DNA from: Tubiluchus corallicola | Lineage: Eukaryota > Animalia > Priapulida | Length of the DNA: 64,000 nucleotides | Assembly (NCBI GenBank): GCA_030141605.1 | Contig: JAQGDQ010000037.1 | Location: forward strand, 1 to 64,000 | Reading direction: 5' to 3' | Part shown: one piece after another, positions 30,417-42,869 of the stretch | Layout: each line of letters starts with the position of its first letter | How positions within the stretch are numbered: position 1 is the first letter of the stretch | Program-made: the position numbers and the translations under genes | Notes under the pieces: generated by a model | Database searches by the model: none | Told to the model about the DNA's origin: nothing | The model's input: only the letters and a program-made list of their open reading frames with translations

Positions 30417-31875
30417 TTTATTTGCCATTAAAATACATTGATAATCACTGCTAAAAACTTTTACAGAGATGATCAATCAGTGTTAGTTAATAAAAACTTA
30501 CACAAAGGCAAATGCGTCAGTTCAATCTAAACTACTGTGCAGTAATGGAAAGTAACGACGAATAAAATCAAACATATTTACAACTATGCACAAAAAACTA
30601 TGATTTAATTAACATGGCCCTGGATAAATGAATTCTGAATTAGTGTGTATGTTGTCGTGCTGGTGTGATGGTACTTCATATCTTATTAATATTAGTGATT
30701 TTAATTTTGTTTTAAATGCTGATAGGGACTTGATTTGTTTAACCTGTAATGGTAGAGAATTCCAAAGTAGAATTGCTTGTTTGATTACAGAGTTCGTTCC
30801 ATAGTGGGTATTTGTCCTAATTTGTTTTCGATTGCTTGTTCTGGAATTAACGATAGGATTTGGAAAAATGTGATAGGCGGGTTATGCCTATTATAGGATG
30901 GCAAAGTTTAATAAGGTGCTATAAAGTGCTTATCATCCTTAGATTTTGTTAATATTTAGCTGAACAGGTGACATTTTCATTCATAGGTACCAGACCAACC
31001 AACCTACAGGTAATGTTATGACCTCAACTTTAAACTAGGTTGGTTTGTTGGCATCCTTCTGTCTCGGAAGACAATGGAATGTGCGCCTAGAGAGTCGGTT
31101 ATTGATCACATTGATGGAGCTGCAGCATCGACTGTGGCTGAGCAGTCCGATCCTTGAACGTCTCCAGGGCGCACGCCTGGGCAAGGTGTATGGAGATCCT
31201 GAGTTGCCCAGACAACAGGAACCCACTCTCTTCCTCCGTGGTGTAGTCCAAAGGAAAGCGGAGCGATACGTTTGGCACCAGGTTGGCTGCAGGAGCTGCC
31301 GGAGTCAGTGAGCATGCTGCACTGGTCCACCTTCGGGGCTCCACTCCTAATTTGGAAGGTTTACTCCTCTACACATGGCCGTTGGGTCACTTGACCTCCT
31401 CCGCCCTCTAGCCGTTGGCTGCTTGTGCAGCTCCTCCGTCTAGTGTCGGTATTTATAGGTGGTCACCCATCCAAGTACTAACCAGGTTCTACATATCTTA
31501 ACTTCGGTGATCAGACGAGAATCGGTGTTTTCAACGTGATTTGGCCGTAGTCTTTAAACTAGGAAGCCCATAACATTACCTGCGATTGGTAGAGCAGTGG
31601 TTTCCTGTGGAAAGAACGAACACGTGACATCGTCAGTTGTCTGTTTTTTGTCGTGGAATGCACTTCTCCTGTCTGCCTGCCGAGTGTCGTGGATTCCGTT
31701 AAGTTTGAAGCATTGTCACCAAGTTTTTTTTCGATTTGTGTTGTTCTTCTCAAATCGTCCCTTTTGATTTCTAAGTTTTTTGTTGTTTCTTTCTTAAAAT
31801 GTCTGAGTATCCGTTATGTAGCGTTTGCCCGCAACGCCGATATGGCGGAACGTAAGGCTGTCCACGGGGTCGAAC
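30400..31875 (-). mobile_element. Internally deleted CR1/L2-type LINE, interrupted by the 5S SINE
   Basis: Minus strand gives RTNTHYGTNSVIKQAILLWNSLPLQVKQIKSLSAFKTKLK (~30700-30820), a typical ORF2 C-terminus. AATAAA plus an (ATT)n tail lies at ~30400-30425. The 5' limit is uncertain. Confidence 0.6.
31040..31552 (-). mobile_element. 5S rRNA-headed SINE (SINE3) with RTE-like body and tail
   Basis: Minus strand 31552-31447 reads GACTACGGCCAAATCACGTTGAAAACACCGATTCTCGTCTGATCACCGAAGTTAAG...CCTGGTTAGTACTTGGATGGGTGACC, i.e. 5S rRNA with A and C boxes but no 5S 3' end. A ~400-bp GC-rich body and a (CCAA)-type tail follow. An 11-bp TSD TTTAAACTAGG lies at 31029-31039 and 31553-31563. Confidence 0.88.
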
Positions 31876-32008
31876 TGTGTGTGTGTGTGTGTGTGTGTGT
31901 GCGTGCGCATGTGCGTGTGTGCGTGCGTGCGTGTGTGTGCGCGTGCGTGTGTGTGTGTGTGCGTGTGTGTGTGCGTGCGTGTGTGTGTGTGTGTGTGCGT
32001 GCGTGTGT
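31876..32008. repeat. (GT)n/(GC) microsatellite
   Basis: Visible directly. Confidence 0.95.
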
Positions 32009-32406
32009 AGTGTTCAGCAAGTTTCCAAAACTTGTTTAAAAGAAGCTGTGACGTCTGTAAACAATACTCAAAAGATTAATATTTGCTTTCTTTCATGAAG
32101 GATTTCTTCCTTTCTTCCAATACATTTGGCAGTGTTTAATAATTTAACGCGATAAATTTTACCCCAAGTTCACAATATCTATTCAAATGCTGTATATTGA
32201 TTCCAAATCTAAATGCGTTTAAAGAATGCATTCTATAATGATTGTGATGACGTACATTATTATTATTATTATGACGTATATTTAGATCAGCGCACAAGAC
32301 TTTGATTAAGAATGTAGAAAAAATGGCTAGTAAAATTTACGTTCAAGTGTGTTTTATTTACATGAATAAAATTACAGTGCATTGGCAATATATATATATA
32401 TATATA

Positions 32407-32705
32407 TAAGATTCGAGGCTACAGCTTCGGCGACGGCACCATTTGCGGTGATCTATACATCAAACGAAAGATCTCGATCAAGTGTCGTGCCATTGGGGGT
32501 TTATTTTTCTAATCGGGCCCACCGCGAGGAACGGAGGGTGAAAAACCTCCAAAAATGGCCATTTTTTTGCAAAATTTATACGTCTGAGATCTGGAGAACG
32601 GGGAACGGGAAAGGGCCATGAGTGGTGCTGGCTATGGATAGATAGCCCGTTCAGCAGTGGGTGTAGTAGGCATATATAGAATTCGCGAGAGGGCCACGGC
32701 GTCCC
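32407..32705 (+). mobile_element. (TA)n-associated interspersed repeat, copy 2
   Basis: Matches 20219-20525. Confidence 0.75.
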
Positions 32706-32868
32706 GTAACGGAAATGAATTTATGATAGTTTGGTTGAAAAGCTTTACGTAACTGTTAAATGAAAAGCAAGTTAATAATTATATATCAATTCCTTTATAT
32801 GTCAAGAGTAATTTTTTCATAAACATTGCTGGTAGCATAATATTTGGCAATAGCATCTATATATTAAT

Positions 32869-32870
<2 letters not shown>

Positions 32871-32902
<32 letters not shown>

Positions 32903-33165
32903 TGCAGTGGTATGGTGTGGTGCAGTGTGGTGTGATGTGGTGGAGTGGTATGGTGTGGGTGGTGTGATGTGTAGGTGGTATGGTGTGGTGCGGTGTGGTG
33001 TGATGTGGTGGAGTGGTATGGTGTGGGTGGTGTGGTGTGGTGTGTAGGTGGGTGGGTGGTGTGGTGCAGTGTGGTGTTATGGTGTGGTGCTGTGCGGTGT
33101 GATGTGGTGGAGTGGTATGGTGTGGTGCAGTGTGGTGTGATGAGGTGGAGTGGTGTGGTGTGGGT
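32871..33165. repeat. (GT)n plus (GTGTG/GTATG)n simple repeat
   Basis: Visible directly. Confidence 0.9.
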
Positions 33166-33247
33166 TTTGTGTTGATTTGTGCACAAAATTCTTTTTGTGG
33201 GGTTTGGCTAGTCTATATATTAATATTCTTGGTATGGGCTTTATATA

Positions 33248-33427
33248 TAAGATTCGAGGCTACAGCTTCGACGACGGCACCATTAGCGGCGATCTATACA
33301 TCAAACGAAAGGTCTTGATCTAGTGTCGTGCCATTGGGGGTTTATTTTTCGAATCGGGCCCACCGGGAGGAACGGGGGGGGGGCGAAAAACCTCCAAAAA
33401 TGGCCATTTTTCGGCCGTTTTTGCAAA
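33248..33427 (+). mobile_element. (TA)n-associated interspersed repeat, copy 3 (3'-truncated)
   Basis: Matches 20219-20400. Confidence 0.75.
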
Positions 33428-33624
33428 TAGTTTGTTATTATACAAGCAGTGCAGTCCCTGGACTTGCTTGGAATTAATCATCTGTGACAATTTTGATTTC
33501 TATTTTGAAAAATGTCAATGAACACTAATAACAGGACTGTTTAAAATTGACAAGCGGTTGTTGTGAGATTGATGTTAGACTCATATTAACTGTTTTTGCT
33601 TGTTGGTAAGGTTAAATTTTTGTG

Positions 33625-33935
33625 TGGACATTGCGTGAATGCTTCGCCTAAAGCTACGACTGCATGTGCACGAAATGCGTAATGCGTGATCTGTGAACCG
33701 TAATGCGTGATGCGTGATCTGTGAACCATAATATGTAATGCGTGATCTGTGAACCGTAACGCGTGATGCGTATTAACTGCTCTGATGTCTCCGTAAACGG
33801 ACAGGTTTCGTGTGTACATTGCGTTGATGCTTCGCGTAAAGCTACGACTGCATGTGCACGTAATGCGTGATCTGTGAACCGTAATGCGTAATGCGTGATC
33901 TGTGAACCGTAATGCGTAATGCGTATTGACTGTTC
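33625..33935 (-). repeat. Short array of TAATGCGTGATCTGTGAACCG motifs within a ~190-bp duplication
   Basis: Reverse-complement relative of the CGCATTACAGATCACGCAT core of the 34470-36070 satellite. Confidence 0.8.
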
Positions 33936-34469
33936 TAATGTGTCCATAAACGCCATGTGTATTAACAAAATTCATGGTACTCTTTCTGCCACTGTTGATC
34001 GCTATTCCTGAAAATTGGAAGCAATAATTTTTGGAAACCATGTCTCTGTAGAAATTTAAGCCGGATAATTACAGCTGTGGCATTAGCTTATTATTGTACT
34101 ATTAGAGGAAAAAATTCAAAAGAAAGAACAGGCTTTGTGTGCACAACATTTTGCAGGGGAGAGAATAATATGGCAGGTTTCATCATTAATTTCAGTGAAA
34201 AAAACTGCAGTTAGATGCACAACTACATGCTTCTTCCACCTCTCAAAACTCAAATAGAAAAACTATTATTGTTTATAGGTCCTGAGGTGATCTAAACTCA
34301 CCTAATTAAAATTTGCAGAAAGCTAAAGAGCTAAAATGGTCACCGGAAACTTGAAAAGTGACTATAATCACCCAGGCAACGGTATATTGCGTATTGCTGC
34401 GCGATGCGTACTCGGATGATAATAATCACGTTCGAATGAGTACGCATCACGCATCACGGATTACGCATT

Positions 34470-36070
34470 GCGTACACATGGAAACACTTTTACATGTTTA
34501 AATACAAACTGTTGTAGATGCATCATGCATTTCACACACATGGAAACACTTCTACATGTTTAAATACAAACTGTCGTATACGCATTACAGATCACGCATG
34601 ACACATTACATACACATGGAAACACTTCTACATGTTTAAATACAAACTGTTGTATACGCATTACAGATCACGCATCACACATTACATACACATGGAAACA
34701 CTTCTACATGTTTAAATACAAACTGTTGTACACGCATTACAGATCACACATCATGCATTACATACACATGGAAACACTTCTACATGTTTAAATACAAACT
34801 GTTGTACACGCATTTCATGCATCATGCATTTCACACACATGGAAACACTTCTACATGTTTAAATACAAACTGTCGTAGATGCATTACACATTACGTACAC
34901 ATGGAAACACTTCTACATGTTTAAATACAAACTGTCGTAGATGCATCACACATTACGTACACATGGAAACACTTCTACATGTTTAAATACAAACTGTCGT
35001 ATACGCATTACAGATCACGCATCACGCATTACATACACATGGAAACACTTCTACATGTTTCAATACAAACTGTCGTATACGCATTACAGATCACGCATCA
35101 CGCATTACATACACATGGAAACACTTCTACATGTTTCAATACAAACTGTCGTATAAGCATTACAGATCACGCATCATGCATTACATACACATGGAAACAC
35201 TTCTACATGTTTCAATACAAACTGTCGTATACGCATTACAGATCACGCATTACGTACACATGGAAACACTTGTACATGTTTAAATACAAACTGTCGTATA
35301 CGCATTACAGATCACGCATCACGCATTACGTACACATGGAAACACTTCGACATGTTTCAAAACAAACTGTCGTATACGCTTTACAGATCACGCATCACGC
35401 ATTACGTACACATGGAAACACTTCTACATGTTTCAAAACAACTGTCGTACATGCATTACAGATCACGCATCACGCATTACATACACATGGAAACACTTCT
35501 ACATGTTTAAATACAAACTGTCGTATACGCATTACAGATCACGCATCACGCACACATGGAAACACTTCTACATGTTTCAAAACAACTGTCGTACATGCAT
35601 TACAGATCACGCATCACGCATTACATACACATGGAAACACTTCTACATGTTTCAATACAAACTGTCGTATACGCATTACAGATCACGCATCACGCACACA
35701 TGGAAACACCTCTACATGTTTCAATACAAACTGTCGTATACGCATTACAGATCATGCATCACGCATTACGTACACATGGAAACACTTCTACATGTTTAAA
35801 TACAAACTGTCGTATATGCATTACAGATCACGCATCACACATTACGTACACATGGAAACACTTCTACATGTTTCAATACAAACTGTCGTATACGCATTAC
35901 AGATCACACATCACGCATTACGTACACATGGAAACACTTCTACATGTTTCAATACAAACTGCCGCACACGCATTACAGATCACGCATCACGCACACATGG
36001 AAACACTTCTACATGTTTAAATACAAACTGTCGTATACGCATTACAGATCACGCATCACGCACTACGCAC
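34470..36070. repeat. Satellite with a ~76-bp unit (shorter variants present)
   Basis: Unit ACACATGGAAACACTTCTACATGTTTAAATACAAACTGTCGTATACGCATTACAGATCACGCATCACGCATTACAT; period 76 bp between 34981 and 35057. Confidence 0.95.
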
Positions 36071-38735
36071 ACGTGGAGACGTACCTTAACAGCAATACTA
36101 TTTTTCCAGTTCTTTCGTACACACACACAATTCTCCAAATACGCCACACTTTTTTGTTTTGGAAATTTTGGAAGCACATAAAAATAATAACATGGAAACA
36201 ACGCATTTTATTAGAAATCACATCGGCTGGAGCTTAGATTATTTATGTCTCCAATTGGTACTTTGTTTAAAATGTAATTAAGCTTCGTAATTAAAATGTA
36301 ATTAAGCCACGTTTTGATAGTGAGATTGAAGCATTAAAACAAAATTCGTAATTTTAAGATAGGTTAAACAATATAGGTTAAAATATAGCACCTCAGGACT
36401 CTGCAAAAAATGTGCAGATAGTAGTACAAAAACTTTAACTTTATCATACTATAAGTTTTGTGTATTTCACAATAGTTGGCAATATTTGCAACTATGCAAA
36501 AACATTCACCTATAAGCAGCTAGTAAAGCTATCTAAAGTCAAGGTTTACTGCACTAATAAAAGGTTATTTAATTTCAACTAAACTGTAACAATTTTTCTC
36601 TGTCAGTTAATATGCCTGTTAACATAAAAGAATTTATCCCCATTAGGCTAGCTGCGAAAAAAATGTTTCTGTCTTACCTCATGAACTCAAAACATGTCAG
36701 TAGGAAGGGAGGAAATTTAAAAAAAAATTGTAAAGCTTTGGGAATGCTTAAAGCTGAATAGTGGAATATTTGAAATCACTTGAAATCAAAGTTTGGCTAT
36801 TTTACACAGGTTTGCAGTCATGTTTTAAATTTTTTCAATACACATTTTTTCGCACTTTGTTTTTCAGTTTTTTGTTTGGCATTAATGAATTGTCATATAG
36901 TTATCGATCGTTGTATAGTCTCTTTTATGTATGGCATGAACACATGTCCTGATAATTATGGTGTAAGTGGCAACATTGCTCAGCCGTTAATATGCTGATT
37001 TGGCAAAAAAACGATACTTACTATACTATACTATATACTATATATACTATAGCCTCCAATACTATAACCAATACAGGATCGTACAAAACGGCAACCGTGG
37101 CCAAGAATTATCCATAGAAAAGCATGGCCGTGTCCTTGCCGAAATGATAATTATTGCATTTTACATTTCAAATTTAAAAAATCTGCTTTATGTGACTGCA
37201 TTAGGTAAGTATATGAAGGTACAAAAAAAATAAAAAATTCCCAGCTGGGTGTTGGATAAAAAAATATTACCCGGTCGATTAGATGGAAACAGAAGTATTT
37301 TTCTGATATGCCTTATTAGTATTTTGACTATGAAATATAAAAAAGTCTTTTAATAAGTGAAGGTTAGGAAAAAATGGTTTGCATTATTATAAATACCAGC
37401 AAACTTATTTTATTGTAACACTCCAAGTGACAAGATTAGTGAATTTTCATATGTAGTTCAAAAGACTCGCCTTAAAATTTTATATTACCTGCATTTTACA
37501 TTACACAGAATTGGTGTTTCGAGTAGACTCAGTAGAGCCATATAACATTTGAAAATTTAAACTCAAAGTGCTAAAGGCAACACTTTAACAGTTGGTCGTT
37601 TATTAAGAAATCAGTTCTGTTAGTGCATAAATTTGTTATGTAACATAGGGTCATCTGGAAAAAAACATTCTCCAAACTAATTAACTAATTTATTGTCCTT
37701 CATCTTAGTAGAGGCACTTGTAAAGGAGACCCATATCGTCATGTAGTCCAGTTTCTCCTCTTTCCAAAGAGTATAAATTTTACTCCCAATAACCCCAAAA
37801 AGTGCTGTCAGGATATTTTTGACACATTTTGTTCCTCCAGGAAAGGCGGATGAAACACCTCCAAAAATGACAGATTTTGTTCATTGCTGGAACACCCTGT
37901 TCAAGAAAATCCTAGCGACTCTTGGTAGAGGTATTGAAAGGAAATTTATATAGCTCTCTCAGGAAACAAGAAAAACCAAGCTAAACAAAGACATGAGTCT
38001 CTTTTACAAATATTTCTAATAGGATGAATGGCTATAAGTTAGTTTGAGGGAACATTTTTTCTGATCAATTCTGTATATGAAAACACTTAACTTATCACAT
38101 AATATACCTTAGTAGGTGAAAGAAGTTCCCAGGTAAATGTCCATGCAGCAGCGGAAACCTGGGCAGAAGTTAACCACGTGTTAATGTCCTTTTGGTGGCT
38201 AATATCACTGTAGAATTGTGTAACAGCCTAAAAAGCGTAATAAATTTTATTCTAAACTGCAGGAGTTGGGTAATGTATCAGCTTTAAGAAAATAAATAAA
38301 TGGTTTTGCATATTCAGTTCAATGTGCATCCATAAAAAATTTTAATCTTAAACTACAACACGTGGACAAAAGAAAATCATTTTTAATTATTCTAAATCTA
38401 AATTTATGTTGTATATTTATCCTAATTTCATCATACTTTTTTAGTTTTGGATAGTCCTGCCACCTTCAGGTGCTCTTGTTAAAATTGTTGAACTTTCTCT
38501 TTCCTGTTTAAATGTTCATTGGCTTCTACAGTCTTTATGAATGCATAATTTCTAAACCTGTTTTCACACCTAAATGATTTCACTTGTAGTTCTGGTCACT
38601 TGGTTTTCTGCTTTTCAACATGACACGACTTCACTGTTTATGTAGGCATTTCACAATAAAATCTTAAAAATAAATCTCAAGTTTTTTGGTTTCTTCAAAC
38701 CAAAAGTTTGGTAGCAGAGAGTAGTTTTTGTGACC

Positions 38736-39278
38736 ATGCCTACAACAGGACAAAAAGGTGCAGTTGATACTTCGTCAAAAGATGGTGAAGAAAGCAAAAA
38801 CAGTGAAGCAAGTGGAGGACAGTCCAGTGAAAGGATTGGTGACCGAGTCAAAGCCTTGAAAAAGGAAAAAATGGCTGCAAAACAACAGTTTACAAAGCAG
38901 ATCAACCGGTTTGGAGTCATTCTATGGGAACAGGAGGATTTACAGTTAATAAAACAGCATTGGGAGCAGATGGATCTGAATTACTGCACTCTGGATGATG
39001 TTGATATGATTGAGAAAATGGAACAAGAAATGGAAAAGCTGAACGAGATTTTTGAAAAAGCATCAAATGATTATCAACAGAAGTTGAAAATGATTAATGG
39101 TAATAAAAAACAACCAGTGCAGTTACACTCGTCTGCTGTCAGTCAAGAGCCGGAGGAACCATCCATTGGTAGGGATTTGTGGAAGCAATTGAAAAGAGTT
39201 AGCATTCCAATGTTTTCCGGAGATGTGAAAGAATATGAGAACTGGAAAGCTTACTTGCAAAGAACTGAGCCAAGCTGA
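38736..39278 (+). pseudogene. BEL/Pao gag N-terminal fragment
   Basis: Coiled-coil region followed by QLKRVSIPMFSGDVKEYENWK, typical of BEL Gag; truncated at the deletion junction. Confidence 0.8.
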
Positions 39279-40614
39279 ATCAACTGTCATCGGAAATATG
39301 CAGAAGACAGCATTTGCTGAAGAATACTCAAAGTTGGAAAGTGGAAAGCAGTTACCGCCATCAAGCAAACTATTGCGGCTAAATCCCAAAATTGATGAAG
39401 ATGGTCTCCTGCGATGTCATGGACGTCTGGAACACGCCGAATTTCTATCGTATGACACACGGTACCCCATAATCTTACCACGGAAAAACTGGGTGACACA
39501 TTTGATTGTGAAGCACCATCATGACAAAGGCAAACATGTTGCTGGAATTAACCAGACATTGTGTTCCTTGTCAAGCAAATTCTGGGTTATGGCTGGTCGA
39601 GAAGAGATTCGCGACTGTGAAAAGTCTTGTCTTCAGTGCCGACTACGGAAGGCTAAAGCTGCAACACAAATTATGGCACCATTACCTCAACACCGCATTG
39701 CACCTTCAATGAGAGCCTTTACGAGAACGGCTGTAGACTTTGCTGGTCCATTCTTCACAAAGCAAGGATGTGGAAAAGCTCGCTTGAAAAGATACTTATG
39801 CCTTTTCACTTGTACTGCTACAAGAGCTGTACATTTGGAAGTAGCTTACGGATTAGACACGGATTCATTCTTAAATGCTTTCCACAGGTTCACAAATCGT
39901 CGAGGGATGCCACAGCAAATGATCTCCGATAATGGAACTAATTTTGTTGGCTCAGATCGAGAGCTAAGAGAACTAGTAAATGAGTTTAACCAAGGAAAAA
40001 TCACCAAAGTAACAGGAGTGGAGTGGCTGTTTATTCCACCGATGGCACCTCACTTTGGTGGAGTCCACGAATCAATGATCAAGTCTGCAAAGAAAGCCAT
40101 CACTGCAATTCTAGGCAATGCTGACATAACAGACGAGGAACTAACTACTGCCTTCACTGGAGCAGAGGCACTCATTAACTCGAGGCCACTAACATACCAA
40201 TCAGCTGACGTACAGGATACCATTCCTTTAACTCCAAATCATTTTCTGTTTGGTCAAATGGGCGGGCAGTTTGCCCCAGAAGCACTGGACTCAACTGCAT
40301 ACCATCCTAGGAAAAGATGGAGACGAGTGCAAGAGTTAGTCCATCATTTCTGGAGAAGATGGTTAAAAGAATGGTTACCAGAGCTAAGCCCAAGAAACAA
40401 ATGACGCCGTCAGCAACCCGAGGTTTTAGTTGGCGATGTGGTTTTAGTTGTAGATCCAGCAACTACTAGAGGAAACTGGCCTCTTGGGCGAATCGTCAAA
40501 ACCTATCCAGGGCAAGATGGTCATGTAAGAGTTGCAAAAATTCAAGTTGGCAATCAACAAATGACGAGACCAATTTCCAAAATCTGCATCCTGGAATCGT
40601 GTGGTGATGGTTGA
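39235..40614 (+). pseudogene. BEL/Pao integrase
   Basis: HHCC zinc finger and DDE core (VDFAGP, SDNGTNFVG, GGVHESMI). A premature TGA at 40402-40404 replaces Trp, and the frame continues through WPLGRIVKTYPGQDGHVRVA to ~40614. Confidence 0.92.
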
Positions 40615-42639
40615 CACATCACGAGGGGGAGGATGGACAAAAGAAAATCATTTTTAATTATTCTAAATCTAAATTTATGTTGTATATTTATCCTAATTTC
40701 ATCATACTTTTTTAGTTTTGGATAGTGCTGCCACCTTCAGGTGCTCTTGTTAAAATTGTTGAACTTTCTCTTTCCTGTTTAAATGTTCATTGGCTTCTAT
40801 AGTCTTTATGAATGCATAATTTCTAAACCTGTTTTCACACCTAAATGATTTCACTTGTAGTTCTGGTCACTTGGTTTTCTGCTTTTCAACATGACACGAC
40901 TTCACTGTTTATGTAGGCATTTCAGAATAAAATCTTAAAAATAAATCTCAAGTTTTTTGGTTTCTTCAAACCAACACGTACAATATTGATTCAATTTTGC
41001 ATTTTAGATTGCAGCAAATTGGAAACAAATGGCAAAAGTTGCGTTATTACTAAATTTAAAGTCCTAAAGCCCATATAACTTAAAGAAGAAAGCTGATGCT
41101 GACGCAATAGGAAACGTATTTAGTATATAGGAATAATAGCAATAAAATACAGCTAAATCTGATAACTACATCCTACACTTTTGTTTTAGACGCATAACAT
41201 CTACAGCTTAACAGTAACACGAATCAGTATCCCTTCACCTGTCATGTCTCTCAGCTTTCAGCTAAAGCTTAAACATTTATTTAGCTTACGAAAATGCTTA
41301 GCTTAAAGTTATAAAATATTGTTTGGAGAATTGTAACAGCTCTATTGCGACCTTAATTTAAACTTGAAGTTAGAAGAAACTGCCACAGGCAGATGGTCTG
41401 GCATTGCAATACAGGTTACAACATCTACTTTCATAGCCTCTCTTTCCTCAATACACACTCAGTTATGGTCAAGCAGACCTAGGGAGAAGGTAGAAATTTC
41501 TGATCGGGCGGTACATGCTCGAAGATTACCGACATAAGAAAGACTGGAACTCAGAATTACTGGATCCGCAACAAAGGGCCATCCATATCCGTCCACTCCC
41601 TAAATCCATTTTCACCAGAGCTAGTGACAACGATTTGTTGTGCAACTGGCTGTTAGTCTAAACTTGCTAAATATGCAAACATATTTTTACACAAACATGT
41701 ATGGCTTATGGCCGTAACCAATTGTGCCTTCCATGTTGAAGTATATGCTAATTTATTTAACGAAAATATATCGTTCAGTCATATGTTCCTTGCAGCCAAC
41801 GACAGTGAATAAATAATAAAATATTATTCATAATTTCAAATGCAATGCAACAAAAAAATTATAAAAACGGATTTAACAGAGTGATGGACACACAATTATC
41901 TCGTACATTTTCAATATTTTCTATGGTAAATTCTATTGAATCCATTTATCGTGTTCAAATACTTTAAGCCACTTTGTGATAAAATCGGAATTTATTAAGC
42001 AAGAAGTTTATCGTTAAATGCACGAAAATGTTGAAAACTACATTTCTCCAAGTAAGCTGCCATTTTATAAAAGCTGAACTACGAAACGCTCCCACAATTG
42101 TTGGAGAATACGCACATTTTGCTACGACTTGATTACTCAAAGCTGAGTCTGACTTGTGACTAAACTGATTAGAGATTACTGACTAGTATTGCAAATATCT
42201 GATTTACTGGCAATTATTAATTAATGTAATGACAAATATTATAAATGTACTACATGCAAACATTGATGCAAAAAAACATTGTGTAAACAGTTATTGAGGC
42301 ACAAATATTGCTTTCCAAATACACCCAAACCAAATCGTTTGCAGCATACAGTAACAACTTGAGGATCAAGTTGCCTGATATTACTAAAACATTATCATCA
42401 ATGTTTATAAATCGGCTATAGATATATTTATTTAAATGAATTGTGTAGCAGTGACTGCAATGTCTGTAACACAAAGTGGAATTTTGCAGGTTTGAGCAAG
42501 TTAACATGTCATGTTTTCTAGGAAACTCCTCTGCTTTTGAATGTATTCAATAATCATTATTTATTTCACATATCGTCCTTTGTCGGCAAAAGGCTCATTT
42601 TTTTCACATTATTGATCCGGCTGAAAATGGAATTAAAAT

Positions 42640-42674
<35 letters not shown>

Positions 42675-42710
42675 TATACTACATGCTACAACTATTACAA
42701 TTACTACTAC
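42640..42710. repeat. (CTA)n microsatellite
   Basis: Visible directly. Confidence 0.9.
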
Positions 42711-42869
42711 GTGGTGGCGCTGCGGCGCAAAAACAGCAGTTTGTTTTTGGTTGAGCTCTGACAAAAATCATTAAATTCAACGTTCATACACAAAATGTAA
42801 ACGTTTATCTAAGCTTATTATAATTGATTATCATATGATGGAGACACGAGGATCGAAAAACCCCATAAG

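Larger units (their letters stand above)
38363..40973 (+). mobile_element. BEL/Pao LTR retrotransposon, internally deleted
   Basis: 340-bp TG...CA LTRs at 38363-38702 and 40634-40973, with three mismatches seen. TSD ACACG on both sides, PBS TGGTAGCAGAG, PPT GAGGGGGAGGA. Confidence 0.97.

Noticed and set aside
31447-31552. Functional 5S rRNA gene
   Set aside because: It diverges in the middle, lacks the 5S 3' end and T-run terminator, and is fused to a body inside a TSD, so it is a SINE head.
34979-36181. 400-aa ORF
   Set aside because: It cycles through all three translations of the 76-bp satellite unit, as expected for a stop-poor repeat whose length is not a multiple of 3.
37680-37960. 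Short coding-like stretch on either strand
   Set aside because: Interrupted by stops, with no family recognised.
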